A stretch of 64,000 bases of DNA from Catajapyx aquilonaris. Its lineage: Eukaryota. Positions 13,293 to 25,500 of the stretch are shown here, piece by piece; the first letter of the stretch is position 1, and every line of letters starts with the position of its first letter. A model generated the notes under the pieces. The model saw nothing but the letters and a program-made list of their open reading frames with translations. It was not told where the DNA came from and searched no databases. Location: contig KZ538107.1 in NCBI GenBank assembly GCA_000934665.2, positions 1 through 64,000 of the forward strand, given 5' to 3'. A program made the translations under genes and the position numbers.

Positions 13293-14375
13293 GCCCAGGT
13301 CTTCTCCACTTCAATCTCATGTGGAGTTAGGTCATCTCTGACTTCATCTTGGGTTACATTCCTTGAGACTAACAACCCAGAGTAACTCACAAAATGAAGG
13401 TTAATGACATTGTGCTTGCACCTGCATCTCCGCTCCCACTAACCATGGAACTGGACCATGGAACTGGTCGCTTCATATAAAAGTCATGTACGTTCTGGTT
13501 AAATAAATGTCTTCATGATAATACCTCGCATGGGGTCAAAGCATTACCTAGAATAAGTACATCTCAGAATAACTACCACCCATTTAATCACATGGAGAAG
13601 TTGAGCATTTACAAAATTAACAACACTGGTTTTCTTAAAATTCCTTAGTAGTTATAATCAAGTACTTCCTGTCACATTTTAATTAATATCAAGTGATAAA
13701 AGCATAACAGTCACTACAAATCAAAGTTATCATGCTAAATATCCATGGAAGCACATCCTCACCACACACTGTTACAATTTATGACTTGAATGTGGGCAGA
13801 AGAAACATAAGCACAGTAAATGTTTGTGGAATTAGTGTAACTCAGCACGTGTAAGCCTAATGATTTTCAGTCGACTAGTTTTACTGACCAAAAAGTGTAA
13901 AAAAGCAGCCTATTATGTTAATTTGTTATAACAAGAAAATTTTCAATTATTTATCGTAACTCCTTGCAGATACCATTAAGTGTTTGGCACAGATGCAGCG
14001 TCAACGGAATGTTTACTTTTAGACTATATTTATTTGCTCACTTTTATGGTTGGACCTTCCGAATGATATGTTGCAAAAGAAATGTCACCAGATCAACTTG
14101 CAGAGTGCACCCAATTATATGTGAAGTAACAGAGCATATCAGTAAGCAGAGTGCTTTTGCACTGTTGTTGATAAAAAGGTGAATGCCAGTTATTAGATAC
14201 TGACATCATTTGAGTTACAATTTCTCTCAACTATTATTGGCTCAAATTTCGTGCCAACTCTTTCTTAAATCTTTAGTTTGTGTGGTAAGACTATTGACTG
14301 CACCTATTAAATTCACCAACAACTGCAAGAACAACAAAACAGTCTTGTTGGCAGCAGTAAACCACATCACCATCA

Positions 14376-14574
14376 CTAACAGAGGCAAGACGGCTCTGTC
14401 TCCTCCAGTTGTGGCATGACTTTAAAGGAATCATGGTCCATAGTCTGCAGTTCCATGCGTGACCTATTTGCTTCCACCAGCTGCTTAGAAATGTCTTCAA
14501 ACATCTCTTCCACCCCCTCGCCAGTCTTGCATGATGTCTTGTAAATTCCACTGATCAGATTGTGACACTGCTCA
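14376..14574 (-). CDS. RabX6: RabX6 coding exon 3
   Basis: cattag|T GAG CAG TGT: (C)EQCHNLISGIYKTSCKTGEGVEEMFEDISKQL...EPSCLC*. Confidence 0.92.
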
Positions 14575-17500
14575 CTAATGGAGAAAATGTTACAGCACAG
14601 TTATTATTAAACACTGTTCATTCTGTTCATCACTTCATTCTGTACTTGAAGGCTGAACTAGGTAACTCACCAAAAGGCTTCCATATCTGCATCAGTAACT
14701 TGAATCTGGTTGCGAAGGTCAACTTTGTTTCCACAAAGAAAAATTTTCGCATTCTCAGCATATGTCACTATATCAAGCAGATGCTGCGACAAGATATTGA
14801 AAGAGTCGGGATTATCCATTGCGAAGACTAATATGGCTGCCTCAGCAAATTTGTAGTAGCTGGATGTGATAGATGCCACACGCTCCATGCCACCGGTGTC
14901 CCACAATTGCAACTGAAATGTAAGAATAAAATTATTAGTGAGTTTGAACAATGGAAGTAACATATAAGCATGGGACTGAGACTAATCAGAATGACAGTTG
15001 CAAGTTGGTATGTAAGGCCTACTACAGGAATGTACAGTGTACACTATCAGAAAAAACTGCCTTGTATCCTGGCAAGCAGTACCAGTGTGGGTGTGGGTGG
15101 AAGCATGTGCAAGCATGAGCTGATTCATGCGCAATTCCACTTGCTCCTGCTTGCCGGAAAAAAACTTCGAGTTATAGAAGATTTGAGTTAGAGAAGTTCG
15201 GATTTTTTAAAGCACAGAACTCTATAAGGAAGCCTACCTTTATATCCAGCGACGAAAGGTGTTCAAAACTTTAATATAACTGTCACTATCACACTTACAA
15301 TGTTCCTCATTTGTTTTAAAAAAAAATCTCCGTTAAAGACATTTGCCTACTCTTAGATTCAAGGATTCAATTGTCACAATCAAGTCAAACACTTCTTTTG
15401 GTACATCTGGTAGACAGAGATCAGGAAATTGAGCCTTTTTGTACATGTGGCCTACTCTCGACCCTTCGGCTGGGAAATTAGAAAATTTTCCGTACTCGCC
15501 GTACTCGACTTAGGGAGACTGAAAATGCATTGATATCCCATCGTAAGGCCCTGACTGCACTTCGAGTTATGGAGAACTTCGAGTTAAGGAAGTTTATTTC
15601 CTATTGACATAGTGACCAACCAAGCTCACAATTTTCTGCAACTTAAGGAGACCTTCGACTTAGGGAAGTTCAACTTATAGAAGTTTTACTGTATTCTGGT
15701 CTTTTTAGTTATTGCAAATCCAGCCTGAAGCTGTTACCTTTGTGCAGCTTTTAGCACCCTGACCGAGGTGCCCAACTATTCCCATTATCTGGCCTACATT
15801 TGACCACACCTGGGAAAAATTGGGCATCTCAATCAGGGTGCAAAAAGCTACACAAAATAGCAACTTTGGGAAGGATTTTCAATAACTAAAAGGACCAGGA
15901 TACTTGGAACGCACTGTGAAAGTGGAAACTGAATGTGTACTTCTCTTTCATCTCAAGGCCACCCGAGCACCACCACCTGCTTGAAATCCCTCTAAACATG
16001 GTTGACTATACTCAGAACAGATGGTCATTGAAGTAAGCTTAGTCCACTTTAAAAGTCACTTCCGTTTGGTTTTTCACATTGAATTGCCTTTCCAACATGC
16101 ATTTGGCTTAGGACTACATGAAGCATGTCATTTTCCTAGTAGACCCCATGGATCTTCAGTAATTAAAACGGCAAAAAAAACAGAATGTTCTATTTTTTAT
16201 GTAATGAAAAGTGGGAGGCAAAGGATAGGCAGTGTAACCATGGACTCTTGCAGGAGCAACTGGCTCGCCTCGAAAGCAAAATGAAAAGCTGGGTACATGC
16301 ATTCATCTCACTGATTCCTCCCTCTCCCAGAAAAGTTCGTCTCTTCATTTACATGTGTGCAAACCATTACAGGAAGGCTGCTTATAACTTATCTTTACTA
16401 CTGTTTCATATGAGAACAGCAGTAGATTGGGAAGGTACCCAATGCCAAATGTATACCTTAAGGCAACAAGGTCTTTTCACATCACGATTGATTGATTGAT
16501 TAGGAATGAGCCACAGCAACTATCGCTATCTGGGTATTAGTAGATCCAATGATGGAACAGATGGAGACAGAAACTATGCGTAAAAAAAGACAGGAAAGAC
16601 TGGTATCTTTCTTTCTGTCTCCTACCCCAAAGATCTGTCCAGATTGGGAGACCCTGCCAGTACACAAAGCTACTATCGGCATATTTTCACATCATGCATA
16701 TATAGTAAAACTTCTATAAGTCGAACTTCTCTAAGTCGAAGTTCTCTATAAGTCGAAGAAAATGACGAGCTTGGTTGGTCACAATGTAAAATAATAGGAA
16801 ACAAACTTCCCTAACTCGAATTTCTATAACTCGAAGTTCTCCATAACTCGAAGTGCAGGCAGGGCCTTACGATGGGATATCAATGCATTTTCAGTCTCCC
16901 TAAGTTGAAGTTCATGTTGGCGATTACGGAAAATTTACTCATTTCCCAGCCGAAGGGTCGAGAGTAGGCCACTTGTACAGAAAGGCTCAATTTCATGATC
17001 TCCGTCTACCAGACGTACCGAAAGAAGTGCTTGACTCAATTGTGACAATTGAATCCTTGAATCTAAGAGTAGCCAAATGTCCACAACTGAGATTTTCTTA
17101 CACCAAAACAACGAGGAACATTGTGAGAGTGATAGTGACAGTTATATTAAAGTTTTGAACACCTTTCGTCGCTGGATATAAAGGTAGGCATCCTTATAGA
17201 GTTCTGTGCTTTAAAAAATCCAAACTTCTCTAACTCAAATCTTCTATAACTCGAAGTTTTTTTCCGGTCCCATGGAGATTCGACTTATGGAGGTTTTATT
17301 GTATAACACACGATACGTAGGGAATCATCATACACAGAACATGACCTCACTGCATCTTTGCAAGCCTCTTATCACTGTAAGATATCACTTATTATTATTA
17401 TTATTATTATTATTTTTATATTTATTATTTTTTTAACCCCGTGATGTCCCTTACGGGAGCTATAGGGGGGGGGNNNNNNNNNNNNNNNNNNNNNNNNNNN

Positions 17501-18109
17501 NNNNNNNNNNNNNNNNNNNNNNNAGTTTTCTGTATATATTTTCACTTCATTCACCGGTGCAAGGAAACAAGGACAGTGGGAAAGGATAGGGATTTTTGGG
17601 GAGGGAACATGGGTGCAAGGTGCAATGTCGTAGCTAATGGGTCATGTGCTGTTCCCCAGGAGGTTAGGTTGCCAGACACCTCCTTGGTGCAGGTCAGAGA
17701 CCCTCCTGATGCAGGTGAAAGGAAAGTTCCCCAGGCGGGGATCGAACCTGGGGCCTTTCACTCAGCAAGCCGAGACGTTACCATCTCGGCCACCACACCT
17801 CCCCGTAAGATATCACATTTTGGTTTGGGTACAGAGTGGCATTAAGGCATTGGGTGGGACCTCACTAATACTGTTGGGTCCAAAATGTGGCATATCATTG
17901 CTTCAACATTGGAATATTTCCAAACCCACCTTAATTTGCTTTCCAGCAACACCATAAGTCTTTTCATAGTGGTCTAATCCAAGCGTTGACTTCCGTCCAG
18001 AAGCCGTGACGAAAGTGTTGGTGGTGTAGCGACGAAATAGAGAACTCTTCCCAACACCATATTCACCACATAAAATTACCTTTTGTTCCGGAACTTTTAC
18101 AGATGCCAT
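14376..18109 (-). CDS. RabX6: Atypical Rab GTPase, RabX6-like (206 aa, 3 coding exons)
   Basis: Exons 18109-17930, 14912-14671 and 14574-14376 (TAG stop). Motifs: G1 GEYGVGKS, G3 WDTGGMER, G4 GNKVD, G5 TSCK, C-terminal SCLC (CXC prenylation). Closely resembles Drosophila RabX6 as I recall it (KQKVILCGDYGVGKSSLFRRF...SQHLLDIVTYAENAKIF...CEQCH). An acceptor 2 nt upstream of the ATG implies a non-coding upstream exon. Confidence 0.92.
14671..14912 (-). CDS. RabX6: RabX6 coding exon 2
   Basis: tttcag|LQLWDTGGMER...DMEAF TG|gtgagt. Confidence 0.93.
15154..15691. mobile_element. Tigger/pogo-like MITE, copy 1 (one end truncated)
   Basis: Terminus ...TTATAGAAGTTTTACTG|TA; internal CTTCGAGTTA repeats; inverted copy of 16703-17301. 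Confidence 0.8.
15692..15916. mobile_element. Foldback Tc1/mariner-like MITE
   Basis: Arms GTATTCTGGTCTTTTTAGTTATTG / CAATAACTAAAAGGACCAGGATAC; related copy at 49142-49353. Confidence 0.6.
16703..17301. mobile_element. Tigger/pogo-like MITE, copy 2 (complete)
   Basis: TA-flanked TIRs (C/T)AGTAAAACTTCTATAAGTCGAA / TTCGACTTATGGAGGTTTTATTG. Confidence 0.8.
17389..17804 (-). mobile_element. tRNA-derived SINE (family A); contains an assembly gap
   Basis: Head GGTGGCCGAGATGGTAA (A box) ... GGTTCGATCCC (B box); (AAT)n tail; TSD GTAAGATATCAC at 17377-17388 and 17805-17816. Confidence 0.88.
17930..18109 (-). CDS. RabX6: RabX6 coding exon 1
   Basis: MASVKVPEQKVILCGEYGVGKSS...GKQIK|gtgggt. Confidence 0.92.
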
Positions 18110-18271
18110 TCCTGTAACAGAAAGGTTTTAATGAATGCATGATCTCACTCAATCACTCATTTGCATTCAAGTTATACTCAGTTGCACAACCCTCAACTTT
18201 CACGCCATTTTCAAGCAGTCATCCAAAATGGGTACACTTGTAATTTGCCTATTAAAGCAAATCAACACATG

Positions 18272-18341
18272 CGCCTTGACTGGGAATTGAACCCAGGTCC
18301 ACGCTCAGGTAGCGTGTGTTCTGCCACTGAACTATCAAGGC
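18272..18341 (-). pseudogene. tRNA-like cloverleaf (Gly-like body, aberrant anticodon loop)
   Basis: GCCTTGA-TA-GTTC-AGTGGCA-GAAC-A-CACGC-TACCTGA-GCGTG-GAC-CTGGG-TTCAATT-CCCAG-TCAAGGC-G; all four stems pair perfectly. Confidence 0.65.
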
Positions 18342-18388
18342 TGCATACAAGTTTCAACAATGTCTCAGGCACGACTACCACACTTTAA

Positions 18389-18532
18389 GGTGTGTTCCCA
18401 AGCTTGAACGAATAGGTTGCAGCTAGGTCGTAGCAAACCCATGAGCGAGAGCGAGAAGAGTCCACTTCTCGTTCACACTCGATAGTTTTAATTCACCCCA
18501 AGTCTCTTGTTGTCTTGAGCTTAGGACACACC
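18389..18532. mobile_element. Kolobok-like short MITE
   Basis: TTAA|GGTGTGTTCCCAAGCT ... AGCTTAGGACACACC|TTAA. Confidence 0.55.
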
Positions 18533-19742
18533 TTAACACTGTATTCTGTGTTTAAAAGTCGTCATGCAAACATATGCCTTGTGTAATCCAAGATGTCTGT
18601 GGTTGTTTGGGCGTTGCAATGATAACTTGTTTCATCCTCCTCAGTCATTGGTTAAAATGATCACAAGGCAGCTGCCAAAACAACCACTGCCATCATGCAC
18701 AACACAAAGGTGTAAATGACACAATGATTGTGGAGTGATTCCAAGGTCAGCACCTACACTCTCGGGGCAAGCCAATTTTAGGCATCCAACAAACCCATCG
18801 GCCTTAATTAATAACAGAATACCGTATATAACGCAGCCACCAAATCTCACGTGTTAAGGATACGGGCAACAACCGATAATAAAATTTGCTGGATAATTGA
18901 GGGTGCGTTCCAATCCCTGCTTATCTAAACAACCAATCTGTGGAATTTCACCAATAATAATATCGACTAATGAGACATCCTGTTTGTGTAATAATATAAC
19001 ATAATCATTATAATATTGAAAATTAATACAAAATATGTTGGCAAAACTGACGCTTTTTGATATTTTTGATTGCTGCTACTGCTACACCAGTATCCGCTAG
19101 AGCCGCTAGATGTCCGTTCGATGTCGGTTTTTCGATTTTCGATATATAGACTGCGATGCGATACTTTTTGAGTATCGAACGTGGTATCGAAAGTCGATAT
19201 GCAATTTCGGATATCGCACAGCCCTACTGGTAATGTATTTGCATTAGCAAATGCAGCATAAGTTTATAATACAATTTTACCAGATTGTTTGAAATTTTTG
19301 GGGGGACATTACAGCAGGTCAGCAACATTTGTGAGCCTCTGAAGTACAGCAGGCTACATTCCAAACAAAAAAAGCAAATAGGCTATTTATGTTTGCCTAC
19401 CTGTTGTCTTTCATGGAAACACTAATTGCTTTTCAAGCGCTCCTTGTAGTATACCCGAGTATACCAGTACCTGAAAACATATTTCATCTTGCGTACATGT
19501 AGATTTTTGGGTAGAATCATTTAAACTTTCTAAACGGCGACACAAAATCTGCTTATGGATGCAGTAATAAATAATTTGGCAACATGATACTTGTGAAAGA
19601 AGGGTGTGTGGCGTGTTTATTTGCATGATTGCATCTCACAGTCAGAGAAACATGGCATTTGCTATAGTGATGATACATACATTCTTGTTCAAAGTTATGG
19701 CACTTTTTAAAGTAACTGTTAGTTTGTACATATCTTCATACA

Positions 19743-21381
19743 CAGGTTGTCCAGATAAAAGTGTGAAATGAAAGAAAATATAAAAATAATGGTTGCCATC
19801 AGATTTTCACTAATGCAGTGGGCCATGCAAGGCTATTCAAATAAGCCATGTGTCACATGTCTGCATATTTTCCCTATTGGTATTAAACAATAATAAACTG
19901 CAACTTAAAGGAAAGATGCTAGTTCATGATGAAGTATTATCTCAGGTATGCACAAGCCACTGCAGATACTTGCACAGAATAGTTTAAAATAGTTTCAGTA
20001 ATAGTTTCAAACAATAGATAGCTATTATGAAACACTGCAGTACTTCAGAACAGGCTATGTTCCTGACTAGGCACCAGGTGAAAACTGGCTGGCTGAATAT
20101 TAAAACCGCTTGTCTGATGTATCAAAATTAAGCTACAACTGCAACCCTTTAATTACAGGTTCAACAGAAACTGCCACAAAAATATAACTTTTGATAGTAA
20201 TGAGCATAATGATGAGACAAGCTTGGACAGGAGCTCCAACAATAAGATCCATGTAGAACTGGTAATGTTCCTGTCCCAATGCAAAACTAAACAATCATAC
20301 AGTAGTGCATGTCAAGATTATGCCATCTCTTACTATACATTTGACTTGGAACACAGATATCACCAGTTTTGCACTGCACTCGTTGGGAGTTCTGGACTCG
20401 GTCCTTCTCCATGTTTATGCCTGTGGCCAGCGCTGGTTTCCCCCCGCCCCGCCCCCTATGGTTATTCCTAAAAATTCCAATTTTTGTGTGTGTTATCTCC
20501 TTTATTTTGTTTTATTTATTTAAAAAAGTATATATTCCAGCTTACGGCTGCCCCCAGAGGCCAGAGGCAATTGCCTTTTCTGCCTATTGGTAAATCCGGT
20601 GCTGCCTGTGTCTTCATCACCATGACCCTACCATTCCTAAACCCGGTATCTGACATTTGTTGGTAAATTGAGATATCACCATGTTTGTACACACTAGGAC
20701 AAACTGCATGCATTTAAAAGACCACAGCATGTCTGATATCAGTGGAAGCACGGTGGAAGGAGTGAAACCAAGTTTCTGTGCTATTGAACTGCTGAAGACA
20801 TTTGTGATTTGGTCTCTCCTGTGAAATTTGCAAATATGCAGATGCTGGGTTTTGGAATGGGGACCAACTATGTTGGATGCACAACTGCAATAATGAAATG
20901 CTCTCATGTGCCTCAAATATCTGCTTCATGCGTACTGGTAACTTGCTAAATGCTGATGTGACATAATTATATGCAGGTTAAAAGGCAGTTGATCTCTTTC
21001 TTGCTTCGTCAACTCTTTTAAGCTCACAACTGACACAACAGTTTGAAATATCGGGATTGGAATTTGGTACCGTATATTCGTAAAAAAAAACCACGCCTTT
21101 CATTATAATTAAAATAACACATATTTCAAAGATCATTACAATGGTTCGTGCTCAAACATGACACAAACCTGCCTGAAAAAGTCAGTGATGTTGGTTTTTC
21201 ATGCCACAGGATGCACCCCATCACTATAAAAAGTTTCTTTGACAAGCACAAAATTGAGTGCATGCATGCGACTTGTCGATAAACATTCTGTGGAGTTCCG
21301 TGGACCAGTGAAAATTCAGTCAGTGTTTATATTTTAAGTGGCAAAATTTACTTTTCTACCACATTTTATCTGGACATCCTG
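19743..21381. mobile_element. Decayed Tc1/mariner-like element
   Basis: Inverted termini CAGGTTGTCCAGATAAAAGTGTG / CACATTTTATCTGGACATCCTG; no intact ORF. Confidence 0.5.
20428..20604. mobile_element. hAT MITE nested in the element above
   Basis: CAGCGCTGGTTT ... AAATCCGGTGCTG; 8-bp TSD CCTGTGGC/CCTGTGTC. Confidence 0.65.
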
Positions 21382-21747
21382 TTAGTGTGTACAGTCGTGT
21401 AGCTTTGTACATGAACATGCACATGGGAAACGGATCATTTCCAACAATTGCATCTTACTGGCAGTGAAACTTTGGGAGATCACTTATGTGTCACTTGTAA
21501 TGCACACACAATGGTTGTGGCCAGTATTCCAACAGCGATGAGGTAATCTGTGCATAAATATATTTAAAAACTGCAACATGCAAGTTGAACTGCCACCTCT
21601 GTAGTCCTCATGCAAATAATAAATAGTTCCATGAGGTATTTTCCAGCAACAATGATCCAGTTATGTGAAATGAAAATGTGGCACTTCGACTTGGATGTTA
21701 CTGCCTTTCTTTGTACTCTCACTGAGGTACATAAATTAATGTGGCAG

Positions 21748-22527
21748 TCATACTATCGGGCAGGAATTGAGAAGGACGTTGTGCAAGTGGGCCATGTCAG
21801 TCCAGTCCTTCCGTTTCCGGCCTAGCATGATGTTGCGAATGCAACCTTTGAAATTGTCACGGACACTCAGTGTTCCTTGTGCAGCACCATCTGTAACACA
21901 GAAAATGTAATGAGTTAAGAGTACAATCACTACAGGATAAGGGCTTACCTGGTAGTCCTCCAATGTATAGTGGCCCATTGGTGTGGGTTTCAAGAAGTGC
22001 TCCGTCACCAGAGAAGCTGTAACTCTGTGGGAAAGAGTCCACCCTTAATGTCAAAGAGTCACGGATGTAGCTTGCCTTGACCACATGCCACCGGTTGTCA
22101 CACACATTGAACTTATTAGCAAATTTGTGTGTAGCACGGAAAGGGTGTTGGTCACCCATATCCACTGCCATCACAACCGCTCCATCTGCCACTTCAAGAG
22201 ACAAGGCTGGGAAACCAACTGGTTCAGACACACTCAAGAGCACCCCATTCAGTTCAGTAGTACGAAATGAAAGTTCGAAGTCCAGGAGGGCTCCAACGTT
22301 GAAGTTCTCACCTGTATAAACATCAAGGTAGTACAAAACAGGGTAGGAAACAACAAAAACTTACTGTATATGGCATATGCATCACCACCAAAGTAGGACC
22401 CTGGCTCTACTCTAGCAAAGCACTGTCCAACTTTGTGAACCTGGTTCTTCTCACCAGCCAAGTCATATGCATTTCCATTAATGACTAGACCCTGTATGCA
22501 GCCTTTGAGATTGTCCAGTTTGACAGC
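21748..22527 (-). CDS. wb: Laminin alpha terminal exons, LG4-LG5 (22527-22365, 22311-21949, 21890-21748)
   Basis: [43 protein letters not shown]; ends [11 protein letters not shown]. Confidence 0.93.
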
Positions 22528-25500
22528 CTGTAAATAACAGTGCACATTAACTAGTATTAAAAATGGGCAAGCAGGGCAGGTTGAAACAGAGCTAACAACT
22601 AATAATAATGTTGCATCATGTTTCAAACCCCTCTCACATGGACCCTCACTACCTCCCATTCTTCCACTAAATTGTGATTCTGTGCCAGAAGTACAATGAG
22701 ATGGCATTTTCAGATACATCAGTAAATATTTTGTCACTCGAGAAATGATTGTTGCAAGGCAAAGGTATAATTGTGCAGTCGACTCCGCATGTAACAGACT
22801 TCAAGAGACCATGGAAATCAGTACCATATTCTATAACCTAGGTCTGTTATAGCCAAATCGCCACTTTTGCAACGAATGCACAAAGTTTTCTGCCTGCTGC
22901 ATGCCTCTAATGCACACTGCTACTCATACTGATCATTGAAACTATCCATAAAAATGCGAAATTAGCTTGTTCGTAATATATGCAAGACCAAAATAATTCC
23001 ATCATTTTCTTCTGCCGTCTCCTTGAACACTGCCAAATACACCTTCTCAATGTCACATTCCAGTGGCTGACCCAGTCCTTGCATCTTATTGGTATTCAAA
23101 AAATAACTTTTCACTGCCTGCAAAGCTTCATCTGCTGCTGGTACCCTAGCCAGAAGTCTTTGCAGTCAGCAGTGTCTTCTTGGTCATCATCGTAACTTGT
23201 TGACCTTATCCTGCTGCTTCTTAACGTCCATTACAATGTCACTTTAAGTTGGGAAGTCTGTTGTAATGAGATCTTGGTCCATTGTTTCAACAGCTTCGAG
23301 TTTGGAAATAGCTTCATAATTCTGAATGCCATGCCGCCTTGCCCACTTGGCAAGAGAAAGATCATCTTCGTCTTCATCTCCAGACTCGTTTACTGACGAT
23401 GATTGCAGATCTGCAATCTGCATGATGGAAAGCTCTGGCAATTGTGGTTCCCGTCACTCTCTCTCATGCTTTCTTGAGCATCCAGACAACAACATTCATG
23501 CTAAACTCTGCCTTTTTATCTATTCTCTCATGAGCTAGAGTACCAATGATATGCATTTTAAAGTGTCTGGGTAATAATCGAAAGCAGCATATTTTCCCAC
23601 CAATGTTGTTACCACTGGCTAGTACAGTACCCTATATGTGACCAGCATGGGTACACCAGGAGCACATGACTGCCACAGGTCAATCAATTGACCAGTGGGA
23701 TAATAATTGTCTATTGATTGTGATTGTGATTATAAATATTGCCCTTCTATCAGTGTTAATTGGATTGAGGACCCCCATCACTGTATAGGTCAACCTGGCA
23801 TGGTCCTTCCTCCAGCCTCTCAACAGTGTACTCGGCATGAAGATTACAATTTACTCTTACACTAGATCCAAAATCATTGACTTTTTCCTGAATGGATGCG
23901 GCTCAATTGACAACTTTTACATTGCCAGAAAGTAAAAGTTTCTGTTTTTGATACAGATGATAAAATCCATTATTCTCATCTCCGGCCTCTGTCCCAGTGG
24001 CGCCATCGGATGACCATACGCAAGATCATATGCCATTAGCTATTAGCGAATAACGGTTATCCAGGCTTCTAATCGAACATATATTATTATTAGTGTTTTT
24101 TTTACTCCTTTCCTGCCGTTTTTTTCGCCGAATAAATGTCAGGAATAATTTTTTATCTACATTAATTGGCAGAGGTAGAAACAGGCAAAGATTGTTATTC
24201 TTTTAATAATCTGTAGCAGTTACTTTTAAACAGTTACTGGTACTTTAATGGTTATAGAAAATATTAACGTACCCCAGCGGTTCTCAAACTGTGGGACTCG
24301 CCCTGGACTGGACTGGACTGGACTGGGGTGGACTGGGGTGGCAGGGGGGGTGGGGTGGGGCGGTGCGGGGTGAATCCAAAAATTATGTGACTTGAAACAG
24401 GCAAAAAGTCGCACTGATTATAGGTAAGAACTACTTCTCTCGGTTTACTGTAGCATGCAGTTCTACACAATTTGTGCAGTTCTAAAAGCCAAATGTGCAG
24501 TTCTGAATAAGGACAGATGTTTAATAATTCCATAAAACCACATGAACGTTTGCGTAGACCCTATATCTGCTCATTTCACTATAACATTGTTCCCAACATT
24601 AGTCTCCAACTAGGTGTGGCACACGACATATAGCAGACCCTGGTTAGTGCAGTCGCAGCAATCAGAAAATGTCAGTTTTTCCAACCTCCCATTTTGTATT
24701 AATTTTAAATTATTACAATGATTATGATGTACATACTTTTACACCATCAATGTTACTTTGTTGTTTATTTCTTTACTAATTGACAGACGATATTGTCCCA
24801 TTCTACTCGGCCTTAGCATCCAGGTCCAATTTACCCTCTACACTCTATTCGCTCTGCCCTGCCTTTTGATTAGGGAAGAGTCCCCGAAATGGTGCTTTAT
24901 AAGATATCTGAGCAACAAAGTGAAAATTTTCCTAGAATATATGAGGGGGTGAAAATCAAAAACCGACAGCTCCGTCATAAACGTAACGGAGAAAAACGAG
25001 AAAAACCTACAGTTTCGCATTATGTCAACGTAGACACCTGAATGTAGCGGCTATAGATTCCTTTACTAGCAACTCAACCATTGGTAAGTTATTATGAAAT
25101 CATCCGCCATAACCCAATGAGCTGTGGACCGTCCATTCCACCACTGGCCGGTTTTTGATTTGCAACAGGCTGGAGTTGGCGCTTTTTGATGCAAAATTGA
25201 GTGAGGGAAACATGAAACACAGGTTTATCCGGCGTGTAAATGTTTAAGTTTATTCCATGCTTACATACCAACGTTCCATTACATTATGCAAGGTGTTCTG
25301 TTAAATTCGCATCTCATTCGCACCGAGGTTATCCGTACGAGCTTCGCAGTATGTACTGTCTCCCATGTCAGCTTTAGTTTCGTGGGAGCTGGCGGTTTTT
25401 GATCTGTGATTTTCTGCGAGTGCGGAAGGAGCTGGCGGTTTTTGTTATGGAGGTCGCTTTTCACCCCTGAATTTAACGGCTTTGTTGTAGGGTTTTAAAT

